This document shows positions 36,488 through 50,178 of a stretch of DNA of 64,000 nt, one piece after another (the first letter of the stretch is position 1; each line of letters begins with the position of its first letter). This DNA comes from Curvularia clavata (lineage: Eukaryota), in the NCBI GenBank assembly GCA_023920165.1, contig CP089274.1:2480001-2544000 (forward strand), read 5' to 3'. The position numbers and the translations under genes were made by a program. The notes under the pieces were generated by a model, which was not told where the DNA came from, made no database searches, and saw nothing but the letters and a program-made list of their open reading frames with translations.

Positions 36488-37026
36488 GGGAGTGGAGTAT
36501 GTTTCACAAGCAAAGATCATGTCTTTTAGAGGATGCAAATCTATTCTCCTCGGCGAAGGATCAAGTTCTAGGTATGGTATAGCGCTACGATTCAGCAGAA
36601 GAAACGCAACCTTTCCCACGGCATGACTGTCAATACACCACACCCTAGTTGTTTTCTCATATTTCCTATTTGAGCGCGGAGGCACACCGCCCGTCCTTGT
36701 TTCATTGGCGGACAAGGCCATCCTAGTCATTTTCGCCTATTTCATTTACCGATATTGGCCCCAGTCACGTCAAGTGTCGAACCCTAGCCGTCTCCATTTT
36801 CTAGCTGTTGTGGATAGGTTTGTCCAAGGCCGTCTCGCATGTGCCAATGCTGTGAAATTAACTATGTGTGGAAGGTTCGGAACCTCGAACGTCCGCGGGG
36901 ATAGTCGCCCGATGTCGTATCTGTAAATTAAACAATGGACGAGCATATAAGGGAAGTGCTTAAGTCAAGGAAGGAGACTGTGCTAAGTTGTGCTTTGTTC
37001 TTCTTCTTTTCGTACTAGACAGCACC

Positions 37027-38509
37027 ATGTTCAAGCCAGGTGCTATTATTGTTGCTGCTGCGGCTCTCTTTGGGCTCGCTACAAGCCAGAAGATTACTCT
37101 CCAGGCTGAAGATGCCGTGCTCTCTGGCACTACAAAGGGTTCTTCTGTTGCAGGTTTCACAGGTAAAACTCCAAGCGCCCTTCCTTTATAGAAAGAAACT
37201 CTGTCGAGCTTTTTTCCTTTTCTTAACTCCACACTGACATGATACCACTCCAGGAACCGGATATGTCGAAGGCTTCACGGATGCCACCGACAAAGTCACC
37301 TTTACCATAGAATCCGAAAAGGGAGGACTCCACGACCTCGAAGTAATCTACAACGGACCCTACGGCGACAAAAAGACCAGCATCGTGTTCAACAACGCAG
37401 GTGGCGGCCAAGTCGACTTGCCCGCTACCACGGAGTGGGCGACCGTATCCGCCGGCCAAGTTCTGCTGCTCGCAGGCAAGAACACGATTGAGATCCAGAG
37501 CAACTGGGGCTACTACCTGATTGATGCCATTACGCTGGCGCCCAAGGGCCAGCGTGCACCACACAAGATCACCACCACACCCGTAAACGCCAACGCGAAC
37601 GCCGACGCAAAAGCCTTGCTTAAATACCTCGGCAGCATCTACGGCAAAAAGATTCTCTCTGGCCAGCAAGACCAAGCCTCTCTCGACTGGGTTACCACAA
37701 ACATTGGCAAAACACCTGCGATCCTAGGTCTGGACCTGATGGACTACACCGACTCGCGCACTTCGCGCGGCGCCTCTTCAAAGGACATTGACCACGCCAT
37801 TGCCTTTGCCCAAAAAGGCGGCATCGTAACGATTGTATGGCACTGGGGTGCACCCGTCGGTCTCTACGACACCGCGGCTCAGCCCTGGTACAAAGGCTTC
37901 TACACCGAAGCCACCAACTTTGACATTTCGCACGCAATGGCCGACACAACCAATGCAAACTACACGCTCCTCCTCCACGACATCGACACCATTGCCAAGC
38001 AACTCAAGCGGCTCCAGGACGCCAAAATCCCCGTTCTCTTCCGCCCGCTACACGAAGCTGAGGGCGGCTGGTTCTGGTGGGGTGCCCACGGCCCCAAGCC
38101 CTGCATTGCACTGTACCGCCTTCTCTACACTCGCCTTACCCAAAAGCACAAGTTGAATAATCTCCTATGGGTCTGGAACTCTGTGTCTCCAGACTGGTAC
38201 CCTGGCAATGACGTCGTGGATATCGTGTCTGCTGATACATATGCCCAGGGCGACCATGGGCCCCAGAGCGCAACGTACAATAAGTTGTTGAATTTGACAA
38301 ATGATACAAAGATTATTGCTGCCACGGAGGTCGGGAGTATCATGGAGCCAAAGGATCTCAAGGCGTACCAGGCGGATTGGGCGTGGTTTTGTGTCTGGGG
38401 TGGGGAGTATATAGATGGGGGTGCGTGGAACAGCAAGGACTTGACAACGAGGATTTATGCGGATGAGTATGTGTTGACGTTGGATGAGATCAAGGGGTGG
38501 AGAGGTTAG
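37027..38509 (+). CDS. GH26 endo-beta-1,4-mannanase with N-terminal CBM35
   Basis: Signal peptide, QAEDAVLSG..GFTGTGYV (CBM35), ILSGQQ, WHWGAP, LFRPLHEAEGGWFWWG, WYPGNDVVDIVSADTY, AATEVG, WAWFCVWGG. One intron. Confidence 0.94.
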
Positions 38510-39002
38510 ATGGGGGTTGTTGGGGAAGTATATGTAAGGGAGGGAGCACATCTGTATATAGTGTGGGTATTTTGATTCGTTCTTCTTTTCTTGTCCATCC
38601 TTTTTGTAAGAACCTTTGGTTTCTTGTGGCAATTAGTTGTATAGATTATCTTTAAAAAAGGCACGTTACTGCATGAACTGCATTCTAGCCCACCAAGTGT
38701 GTGTGTGTGTTTGGTTACTTGCATGTGTGGTAAAAGGGCGGCGGGGTAATCGACATGCCTTTTCTGTAAGGCGCCGAGGCATCTAAGCGAGGCTGAATCG
38801 CCCTTTTGCACCGCCACACTGCCGTCTTCGTTGTGCGCCTGAGGTGGCACAGTAATGAGTGATTCATACCTGGGTTCTACCGGTATACCTAAGGACGGCA
38901 AAACTTTTCTTTACCTACTTATAAAATAAACAAACGTAGCTTGATTGCACTGACACGCACCTCTTAATTCCTTGCTTCGTGTCTTCTTTTCTACAGCACA
39001 TC

Positions 39003-39662
39003 ATGGCTGCCTCAGTATCCGAACAGCAGCGCCCTAAAATCGGCGTCGGCGTCGTTATCCACGACAAAGCCGGTAATATTGTTATGGGCGAGAGGGCAGG
39101 TAGTCATGGCGCAGGTACATTCCCTCTCCCTCTTCTCCCCCACCCTTAGAACACAATCCAACACCAATGATCAAGGTACTTTGCAATGTCCCGGCGGCCA
39201 CCTCGAACACGGCGAATCCTTCGCCACCACCGCCGCCCGCGAAGTCCTGGAAGAAACCGGCCTAGAGGTCGGCAACATCAAATTCCTAACCGCTACAAAC
39301 GACATCTTTCCCGACGAAGGGAAACACTATGTAACTATCTTTGTTACGTGTGAGATTATTGGCGAGGACAAGGTGCCGAAGGTACGTTTCTGAGCCCTCT
39401 TTCCACCTTCTAATTTTCTGGATCTTCTAGTATCCAGATTGAATCGTCATGTGATGCTGACGCAAATGTCTAGCCAATGGAACCCCATAAATGCGCAGCC
39501 TGGAACTGGGTCCCCTGGAGCACCATGTGGGCGTGGGCAGGCGAGCAAGCGACTGCGGAGAAAGAAGGGAGAGAGGTCAAGAGGAAGATGTTTCTGCCGC
39601 TGGTGAATTTGTGGAGGGAGTACCCGGAGTTGGAGTTTGCGTTGGGGCCGAAGAAGGAGTAG
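39003..39662 (+). CDS. NUDIX hydrolase (MutT/NUDT15-like)
   Basis: RPKIGVGV..GERAGSHGAGT.Q.PGGHLEHGESF...AAREVLEETGL Nudix box, TATNDIF, KHYVTIFV, MEP.KC..W.W. Two introns. Confidence 0.92.
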
Positions 39663-40061
39663 AGGGGGCTTAAGGAGTGTAGATGGACTTTAAAGTCTCC
39701 CTCGGGTAGACGAAGAGGTAAGAAAGGGAGAAACACACATCAAAATCAAATAGAGTACAAAGAAAAAGAGCAACACGTACTTCTCCTTCAGAGGATTTGA
39801 TAAAATACCAGACATTGAATACTTCATACGCCTAATCCAACACCCAACACAAGTACACCATCTCCTTTGTCTACCCCATATCATGCAATGCCAGCCTCAA
39901 GCCCCTCCTTTCAACCCTCACTTCATCATTGCCAGGGAGAAACAACGCGAGAGCAAAAGAACATGTCCATTTCCAATCAACAGTCACTACAATACATTCT
40001 ATCCACTAAACTAGCAAAGCACTCCTCTCCCCTCTTCTCCTTCCATCAAGCCTAATCATCC

Positions 40062-43000
40062 TCACTTCCACCCACTCAACCCCGCCCATGGATCTTGCGC
40101 ACCGCCCTGATTCTGACCTCCTGGCCTCTGCGGATTCGCATATCCCCCAGGCCCACTTGGATATCCCGGCTGAGTAAAATGACTGTAGTCTTGTTGGTGG
40201 CTTGGCGGGGGTCCAGGCGGTGGGGGAGGAGGAACGTAGCCTTGTGGGAGGTTAGGGGGTTGAGGTGTGGCACCCCATTGCGGCTGCTGTTGCGGAGGCT
40301 GACCCCAAGGCTGGTGCTGTTGGTGTTGGGCTGGTGGTGGAGAGAAGAATTGTTGGTGCGCGGGGGGAGAGGTTGGGTTGTATTGATTGTGTATCGCCGG
40401 GTTGTAGCCTGTGGATGACTGTGACGCCTGCGGTTGGTGGGTGTATTGTTGCTGGTAACTCTCTCTTCGTGGAGGTTGGTTGTAGCTTTGCTGTGGCGAC
40501 ATGTACTGTTGGGTTGGGGCTGTGTTCATGGGATAGCGCGGTGTGACGGGTGGAGACGCGGCAGGGTTGTATGCGGCGTGGCTGGCCCCGGATGTTGATG
40601 GGTAGCTGGGAGTGGAAGAGAGTGGCGGTGGTATACTCTTCTTTCTGCCTGAACCCTGAGATACTGGTGATCCAGAAGGCTCCATTGACATCCGCTCCAT
40701 GAGCTCCTTCATCCGCTGTTGTTCCTGATCCGCACCCTGCGCCTTGTTGCGCTCCTCAATCTTCGAAAGAAGCTGTCCACCTTCTCCCCTTCTGTTGTTT
40801 ACAAACGTTTCGACGTTCTTCGAGAGACTCGAGACAGTATCCTTCATCTCTGAGTAAAAGTTTTGGGCACGCGTCAAACCAGCGACAAGGTCGTTGAAGC
40901 TTTGGTACACTCTTCGGTACTTTGTCATGACCGTGTTCCGTTGCCTCGAGAAAGCCTCATACTTGCTCTGCTCGGATCGTACACGCTTGTCCTTCAGTAG
41001 ATCTGAGTAAGTGCGTGTGAGCTCTTTGAGGAGCGAGGCTTGTTTGTGGTTCGCCTGCAGTATCCGGTTCTGGTGTGGTCGGAACTTTTCCAGCTCAGCT
41101 TTGAACAACTGCGACTCCTGATTTGCAATAGCTTTCTTGTTGAGTATGAGCACGTTGGAGATATCGTCAGAGTGAACCTGTCTAATCAGCAAATGCATCT
41201 CAGTCTGTTTTGTATGCATACCTTGTCCTTGAGGTCTTTCAATATCTGCATCCTCTCCTTCTTGACAAGATTCAGCTTCCGCAGGATATCCTCGACGGCT
41301 GCGATCTGGTCTGTGACTGACGGACCCTCATCGATATCATCGTCGATCAGACTGCCTTCGGCTGGCCTAGGGCTCTTTCCCTTGCTCGCACCAGCCTTGA
41401 CCATGGCTCTCGAATACAACACATCAGCTTCGTCCGTCTCACCAGCTGAGCGCATCTCGTCAAAGTCGGCTTCGTATTGGCGGAATGTGTTGTAGAGCTG
41501 AGCGTCACTGCTGCTCGCTTCCTCGACCGCTCCACGGTAATTCCTAATGTCACTCCGCAACGTCGAAGTTAACCGTGAGCTGGGCTGCTGCGTCCAATCC
41601 GCCCCATACTTTGATCTCATCTTCTCACAAACGCTTTCTTCCATGTCGAGCTGCTTCATACTCGAATCGAGGGAGTTAATAATCTCTGACTTGTCACGGT
41701 CCAATTGCTCAAAAGCGGTGCTAAATGACTGATGACCAGCAAGCTCCTCACACCACATCCTGAAATCATTGTCGACCATCATGTCCTGATCCATTCCACC
41801 TCTTATGATGTTGAGGCTGTCAGGCAGCTTCAGGTAATCTAGACTCGCAGCCATCTCGTCGTTCGCTACCTCGACCCGCTCGCTCTCGGCGCGTATCAAC
41901 TTGGCCTTTTCTTCATCGTAAAGACTTGCTGATTCGGTCACGGCTAGGGGCACAATCTTCTGGAAAATATCCGGTCCGATAATTCTCTGAATGTCTTGGC
42001 CCTGGTACAACTCACTGACGGGAATTGCCTTCGCTGCAGGCATCTTCGACACTGGTGTAAGTGATGCCTCATTCGGGATGCCCTGGTGATAGATGAAGTC
42101 GTTGTCTTTCGAGAACTCAGCCAATTTCTCCTGTACATTTGCCAAATGTTTCTTGGTCATCTCTGATAATATACTGCCCGTATCTGGAGCCAGGTTTGAA
42201 TTGGCAGGTGCATTGTTGGGAAAGCTGCCCGCCGCTCGAGTGGCGTCTTTGGCGCTGGCCTCAGCAACCTGTAGCCTACAGATGGCAATGCCGTGTGAGT
42301 TTGCATCATCGTCTGCTAGGGCCTGGTAATATTGGGCTAAAGAAGCCATATGGTGTGATTTTATCTGTTAACGGTCAGTCTTGACTTTTCAGTATGGCTC
42401 TGACGCCCGTACCTGGCAAACCAGCAACCAAACCTTCTCAAAAACAGCATTGGTAACATTTTCCTGTGCGCCTTCTGTAGCCTGTGTGTACAAGAACGCA
42501 GCCTGGCTGGCCAGTTTCGCGAGCAAGCCAACCTTTTTTCCATCTGCAATCTGCTTCTCAAGAAACACCTCTTGCGCCTGCGCTAGCATGATGGCGATCA
42601 GTGTCTTGACAGTATCGCGGCTAAGATCGGTTGACGGAGCGTGTAGGAAGTTCTCGTTGATGTATGTGAACATGCCAGCAGAGGCCTGGAACGAATGGTA
42701 TGCAGTCTTGAGTCCAACATCCTCGTGTCGGTTCTGGTGTGCGGCGTGACAGGATAGCACAGCTGAAATGTTGAAGATGATACTGGCCTTTTCGTATGCA
42801 AGCGAATACTGCGAGGTCGGCTTGTGTGTGAAGGCATCGAACCTGTGGAGGGTCAGTCCTGGCCATCAAATGTCTGCCTAATCTCTCTGCGCTTGCACCA
42901 TGCATTCCTCAATCTCTGTAATGCCACTCAAACACCTACCATGTAAAGCTAATCTTGATGTGATTCTCGTCGACCGGGAATCTCAAGTCGAGCAGTTCCA

Positions 43001-43220
43001 GCTGGCCATAGTAACGATACAGTAGGTCCCTCCCCGCTGCACTATCTTTCCCAGCACCTCTCATATCCTGTCGCAATCGATTCAGGGTCGCGCATTCTTC
43101 CGAGTATCGTTCTGGGTCGTCGCCGTACGTGGCTCGTATGTACTGCTTCAGTGGGGCTATCCAGTCAATCTCGTTGGTCTGCTTCAGAGGCACCGAAATC
43201 ATGGGTATTTGCGTCGTCAT
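40062..43220 (-). CDS. BRO1: ESCRT-associated vacuolar protein sorting protein Bro1
   Basis: PMISVPLKQTNEIDW, LNRLRQDMRGAG, LLYRYYGQLELLDLRFP, KDNDFIYH, GPDIFQKIVP, V domain and P/Q-rich C-terminus. Three introns. Confidence 0.95.
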
Positions 43221-44379
43221 GGTGGGCAGTGTACGCGCCGTGCCGGCTGCCGCTGGACGCGTCTTCTGGAGAGGTATTGTCGGGTAGGTCGAGTCCCTCG
43301 GGCAGCGATCAGCGATGACGGCACAGGCGACAAGGTGGGAAGTGGGTTCTGATCGGCCTGAGGTGGAGCGCTAGAGCAATGGCAGAAGCAGCGTCGGCGC
43401 AATGTTGAGCTGTTAGTATCGCAAGTGTTCCTGGAATGGTAGCCGGGCAATCACGCAGCGATTCGTGTAACGGGCATGGGGGTGGGAATGCACGGCGGAA
43501 TGACGATGCGTTGTTGGTCGGGTGGGCTGTTCACCGAGACACGCTGTCGTCAAGCCGCATGGGGCCAGTATGCGAGCGATTGTGTTGCGGTACGGTAAAA
43601 GCTTATATGGCAGCTATGTTGCGAGCAGCTATGCAATGCCGTTGGCGTGGTCTTGGAAGATGTCGTCTAGCTCGCGGCCTAGGAAGAGGAGGTGATGGCC
43701 ATGGTGGGGGCGCCTGCCAGGCACATGCATATAAGCAACACCACAGTCGTCGACAGCCGCCTATCACGAAGCAAGCACACCACCAAAGTCAGACCGCTAT
43801 CGATATGTGACGGCTTGCTCTTGTCACACCGTCGTGAGAATCTAGCGAGGCCAAGTGGGTGATCCCATGTCTGCCGCTCTCGTCCGCCCAATGACAGCTG
43901 TAAGAGGCCGCATTGCTACGCGCCCGCGATATTGGCTGCGCGGACTAGCAGACGTTTACCCTGGCTCTCCTACAACCAGTCAGACCGGAAAATTAAAATG
44001 AGCTCACCTACAAAGACAAGATATCAACGTTGATGAACAACTGCGACAACTATAGTTACTTCTAGGAGCGGGTAACAGTAAATGGCGAAACCGGAATGGC
44101 GGCCTACACAATGGCGGAGCCTGAGTTGCACTTCACGAGGTTAAGACACAGTCATGGGTGGCGTTGTATCTCTGTTCGTGTCAATCATAACGGGCGTAAT
44201 ATTATACAAGCCTTGAGTCGAGAGGCTGAATACAAATATCTTCATACACATGTCCAAAGCAGCTTCAGATGCGCCGTCAAATGCTACCCAATGCTCCGCT
44301 GCGAATACGCCCCTTCAAGGGGCGTAGTCTCGCCATGTACGTCGGCGATTTGCACAACACTTTGCACTGTCATCCTTCC

Positions 44380-46014
44380 TTAACCTGATCCCTTCTTCTT
44401 CTCATCTTCTTCTGCCTGCCGCCTTTCTTCCGGGCTCATGTGCTTATGTTGTCCAGTCAGGTTGTGCCATGCATTCTTCAAGAAACCTTCGTTTTCGTGA
44501 CCAGTAGGTGTGCTGTTGCCGGAACCATCCTTCATCTTGCCAGGGTTGATGACTCGCTGCGCATTCTTGTCTCCCATCTCGTCGGCGAGCATTTCCAGAA
44601 TCGTCCGCTGATTGACGCTGAGATACTTGGGCATACTGACCTTGAATTCTACGCGCAGGTCACCCTTGCCGCCACGTCGTCCAGATAGTATCTTCATGCC
44701 CATGCCCGGAAGCGTAATACGGTCGCCTGTGCCGGAGCCAGTTGGTACCTTGACCCTGACTTCGCCGTCCAGAGTAGGAACCTTGATTTCACCTCCCAAT
44801 ACAGCAGTAGTCAGAGGGATCGTCGCCGTATGTAGAATGTCCGAGCCATTGCGTTTGAACTTGGGGTCAGCGGCTACACGGATTAGGACGTAAAGATCTC
44901 CCTTCTGGCCACGGATCTGACCAGAAGACATGGCCTGGCCGGTGAGTGGTGCGTCTCCCTCGCCATTCACACGCAGGCGCATGCCATCCTCGACACCACC
45001 GGGAATGTCGATCGTGATCGTTTTCCTCTCCTTAACTGCTCCGTCGCCACCACAGGTGCCACACGATGAGCCTCGGGGGATTGCGAATCCTGAGCCGCCG
45101 CACGAGGAGCAGGTTGCGCTCATGTGGAAGCCGCCCATGCTTGTTACTCTCTGTCCAGTACCTCCACAGCTCTTGCATTCTGCTCGCTTTGCTCCCTGCT
45201 TCAGCCCACTGCCATGACATGTCCCGCATTCGACCATTGGGGTGATGTGAATATCCTTCTTGACGCCCTTGGCTGCGTCCAGGAAGGAGATGTTCGTTTG
45301 TACTTCGATGTTGTCGCCCACCATGATCTCCTCCTCGAATGGATTCCTCCGGCCGCCGGCCCTACCTCTTCGACCACCTGCGAATGCTCCAAACAAGTCT
45401 TCAAAGTTGATGTCTTGGAATGGGCCTTGTGCGCCACCGAATCCGCCAAACCCGCCAAAACCTCCACCGAAGGGATTGCCTCCAGGTCCTCCAGGCCCAG
45501 CACCGGCACTGGCACCAGGGTTGAAACCACCATTGGCATCGAAAGCGCCTGCGCCGTACGTATCAAAAGCCTTTTTCTTCTCAGCATCCGAGAGGACTTC
45601 GTATGCGGATTGCGCGGCGGCGAACTTCTCCTTTGCGCCTGCGTCCTTGTTTGTATCGGGGTGGTATTTTTTAGCCAGTCCGTAGTATGCTTTCTTGATG
45701 TCGGCTGCTGATGCATCTCTGCTGACTCCAAGTGTCTGGTATGGGTCGGCCATGGCGAATGATGGAGGGGAAGCATGGAAAAACTGTCTAGAGCATTAGC
45801 ATACGTCTCTCTTGCAAGGCATTGAAGGGGAAAATCGTACTCGTATTGATGGCGCATGATTCTGAGGCTGTCTTTGTGCTACCGAAGGCCTTCGTGACTG
45901 CACTCTTGTCGCTTGTGTTGCTATACATCGTCGTTGGCACTTGGTAAAGGATCTTGAGCCGGCGATGCGTACGGGCGCCACTGCCTTGAGCGGCATAGGT
46001 CCAGCAAAACTCAT
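44380..46014 (-). CDS. MDJ1: Mitochondrial type-I DnaJ chaperone
   Basis: R/S-rich presequence, J domain with HPD, G/F-rich linker, four CxxCxGxG zinc-finger repeats, C-terminal domain. One intron. Confidence 0.93.
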
Positions 46015-46680
46015 CTTGGACAATGTAGGGGTTCGAACAAAGAATGTGGTGATACACTTCTAGGATATGCCCTGCGACCCAGGCGGTGATGTCTAAACCG
46101 ACCGTTGATAACTTTTTGCGGGCACGGGCCGGTGACGCACCGCCATTGGCCGCCCTCGGCAAAGAGCGCGTCGAAGCTTCGAGAGTATGCCACGACGCGA
46201 TCTCGGCCCAAGAAGCTGCGCTGGACAGTTGTATAGAGAATAGCTTGAATTGTACATGGTCGATGCGCTATGTAGTCGTCTTTGTCTTTGAGGTCTTTCC
46301 TACTGTCACTATGCCCTCACGCCGCGCATAGCAAGTACGCCACATCCAGACCTCGGCGACCCGCTGTATTCCGATGCCATCCAGCGCAGAACCTGAATGC
46401 TACCCGAATGCTCGTTATCCAAAATGCTCGTATTTTTACATGACGGGCTGCGCCGTGTGTATATGTATGTATGTACCGTAATCTTCCACAACCCTCAGTA
46501 CAATCCATAGTGCGTAACGCTTCCCTAGTCATAAGATGCTCAGTATCCCAAACTCCTGTTGAATGCTCATGTCCCATAACATGTGTATAAAGATCGGAGG
46601 CGATCGCGCGCCAAAGAGGGGTATCGTCGAAGAAAAGCCAAAATGCAGTGGTATGTGTGCGTATGTATGGAGCCAGCCAG

Positions 46681-47320
46681 TCACTTCCTATGAGGCGCGA
46701 ATCGTACTCTGAATTCCTTGTCTGGAGGGTTGGTTAGCAAGGCCATGTCGTGGGTGATGCTCTGGAGCGGCTGCCATACCTTGGTGTTTTGACTTGTACA
46801 GCCAGTCGACGATGACGTCGCTCTCAGTGACGGCCTGCGAGTTGAAGCTCTTCTTGACCGCCAGCCCCAACTGGTCCTTGTGCACGCGTCGCTTCGATTT
46901 GGGTCGTGCCATGGTCGGTGACATCCTCCCGATGCCTTGGTTCAATACGACGTGGCTGAGCGGATTCTTGAAGCTGGAAGGGCAGTCGAGGCGGTAGGCT
47001 CGTCGGTAGCCGTGGAGCACAGAGGTGTCTTGTGACGACCATTTGATCTGTCCAGGATGGGCGCATGTTAGCAACTGCAAGGCCCGACATGCGACAGGAA
47101 AGGGAGAGGCGCGACGCACATTGCCTGACGAGCTAAGGTCGACCGAGGTATGGCCACTGTTGGTCGAGGCATTGTCGACCTCTTTAAGACCACTGCCGTT
47201 CATGGCATTCGCGCCGCCGTTGCGACGACCGCCTCGGGCGTTGGAGCCCTGCAGGTTCTGGAGTTTGTCCTTGAGCGACAGCTGGGCGTCGTCGGTGTTG
47301 TGGGTGCGTTTCGGCGGCAT
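46681..47320 (-). CDS. SAP30: Sin3/Rpd3 HDAC complex subunit Sap30
   Basis: LHGYRRAYRL, RRVHKDQLGLAVKKSFNSQAVTESDVIVDWLYK, last exon DKEFRVRFAP. Two introns. Confidence 0.85.
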
Positions 47321-48736
47321 CGCGGCGGTTCAATGGGCGGTATCAGAGAGATGCAGGCAGGCAGATGCTTGGGAGAGGCGTATAAGGTGTCGCAGAGGAG
47401 TCGCGATGTCTGGTCGTGCGCTGTCCAAGTACGAGCAGACAGCGAGAGGAGAACAAAATGACGGCGAAGGGTCCAAGCGTAAATGACGTTGGCGCGCCTC
47501 GGTCAGGGTCCTGCCTCGCCTTTCTTCCCCTTCCCCTTCTTCTTCCCCTGCATTAGATCGCCATGGCTAGATTCCTTGGAGAACGGCTCTGTCGACAGTC
47601 GCGCCATTGTCAAGTCTGACCTGCCATTCTCTCATGCGGCATTTGCTTCGTAAAGGACTCTATACTGGTCCCATCTTCGCATATCGTCGCGTAAGTCGCG
47701 CGTCGCTCCTCGGCTTCCCCTCACCAATCCCGGCCTCGCGTGCCACCAATACTCCACCCAGAAACGGAAACACCGCCAATCTTGTCCACGGAGCCTGGGT
47801 GCCTTGGGCATTGTTTGCAATGCGCATGACTGCTTCCTATATCGAGGCAAAGATATTCTCTCCATTGGACGGGGCAGCCATGTCAGCCTTTTGGCGTTGA
47901 CATGCCCTTCAAAAGTGGAGCCGACCCAACTCGCGTAGAGAGGTTCCCCTGGTCTTCAGCGTTTAGCGAGATCCCTAGTCGTACAGCAAACCGGCCGTGT
48001 ATCTGAGGTTCGGATGTGCATCTGCCCGATAATGGTTATTGTCATGGGTGGCGCGGGGCGCGCGTGTCGAGAAAAATGCTGGTAAGCGAGTGCTCCAGAC
48101 CAAGACGGCAAAAGGTACCGTAGGGCGCTAGTCGCGTGTGATTCCAAACACAATGTAAAGGGAAATGCTCATCCGCGGAAATCTCTCCCAGGGCGCAAGG
48201 TTCTATATCTTGGAGTAACTCGAGTTGTCATTCAACAGAATGGACGGTAGCGAACAAGCCGACTGATGGCCTATCGAATGCGACTTTGTAGCAACGGAAG
48301 CAGCGACATCATGGCCAGGCTGTTTCATCAGAAGACAGTGCCATCTCTACATGTGTGGATGGGTTAAACATGCTTGAGACCTTTCTCTACAGCCGCGTAA
48401 TATTATCATACTTACTCGGAATACATCTTACCTAGTAATCAAAGCTCAAGATCAACTTGCATTCACTCACCCTTTTTTCTCTCACTTTCAGCAACAAGGA
48501 AGGCACTGCTTTGTTAACGCCTCTCTTACCACTACACAGTAGTGATTCTCTCACCTATGGTTTGTATAGGTCGATTTGGCAGACCACTTGCCCGTTTTTC
48601 TCAAACCTCAACATTATACTGCTCTCATACTCTATGTAAGACGTCTTCAGCCTACTGAGACTCCCTAGAAGTAGTTCAGACCTCGGACAGCAACAGAACA
48701 TATCAGTATCGATCGTTAACCACCTCTGTTAACACC

Positions 48737-50178
48737 ATGAGCAAAAAGATGGATCCTACCCCTCGTGGCCCTCGAAAGAACGGTCGGGAGGGCGGTCTTG
48801 CCACGTCGTATCTCGAGGCTCGTGTTCGGAACCTGCAAGGCAACCAGGTGAGCCTACAGGAGGATGTCGTTATTCTCAAAGAGTATCTTCATGGCCTTTC
48901 CTCTAGTGTTAACCAGATGAATAAGAGCGGTTGGCCAATCCGCGCTGGCCCATCTCAAGGCATAAGCGGCATCGAAGCATCATTCGAAAGCGCTAAGCAG
49001 TTTGGCATGGACTTGAACAGACTCAAAAGCACTCTCGGATCAGTAAATTCTGACTCCGGCAACACGGCAAAGGAATTGAATGCTAATGCGCACCCGAAGG
49101 GGTTTGAGTCGCACACTGCGAACGGGTATGCCTTCGATCTTCACTAGATGATCTGAAACTAATGATATTACAGCATCAACAAATATCCAATGCCAGCACC
49201 AGTTCCAACTCCACCTCGCTCCACTGGAACCACCACCCCCACCCAGGACGAATTGCCGCTTGTTGAACACCTTTCCGTAGAGGACAACAAGGCTTGGAAG
49301 CCATACCATGTGACAACCCTCCGTCCGTTCTCAGGTCGAATTCCAGACGATACTGTCACCTTCCATCCGGATTTCCTCGCTAATCATCTGGGCGGAACTC
49401 CCTGGTCCCCAGGCCTCCGCTTCATCCAAGTTAGGGGCCCTTGTATCCTCAAGAATCGTACGTACTACCAAATGGAGCCAGAGAATGAGCCATACCTTCC
49501 CAAAGCACCCGGTGAACATGGTGCCAAGCTCACGGCCTTCTTTAACAAGGCCCCAGAAGAAGAGTTTGGCAATCTCTTCCCCGATGACGCCACCTCATAC
49601 GAGAATGTGCCCATGTTCATCCTGACGGGCGAACGCTACGTGTACTATGGCAACTACTCGCAGACGCGCTGGTCTGACAAGCTAGACCACGACACTATGG
49701 CGACTAGGGTCCCTGATCATGTCAAGAACTTTTGGGCTGAAGAGCTTGCTTCGCCGGCGCGAGACAAGTGGGTCACCGAGGCGCTCAAGAAACACTTCTT
49801 CCGCAAGCCAGAGTACGAGGGCCGTCTTTTTGCTGCACCGGAAATCGGAACTACTGTTAGTACCGTAGAGAATGACAAGCTTACCGAGAAGATGATGAAG
49901 GACGTCCGCAAGTACGTTGATGAGCTTCGCCAGTGGGACCGTGAAGCCAGCATGAAGGCTGCCATGATCAAGAAGCAAACCATCCTCGATGCATTCAATG
50001 CGGTGAGTAATGGATAAAGGCTTCAGAGATGACGGATCCTAATGAGATACAGTCTGACATGGACGAGGAGCCCGCGCTCCGTCTCTGGTGGGAATACCTC
50101 GAGTGCGTCGACTGGAGGAAGGACTTCTATGACCTCCTTGTCACTCTTCAGGAGCGTGAGGGTCAGAAGTACGCGTAA
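48737..50178 (+). CDS. Conserved fungal hypothetical protein (DUF6697-like)
   Basis: N-terminal coiled coil, LGG..WSPGL, EPYLP..PGEHGAKLTAFFN, YVYYGNYSQTRWSDKLD, LRLWWEYLECVDW. Two canonical introns. Confidence 0.7.
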
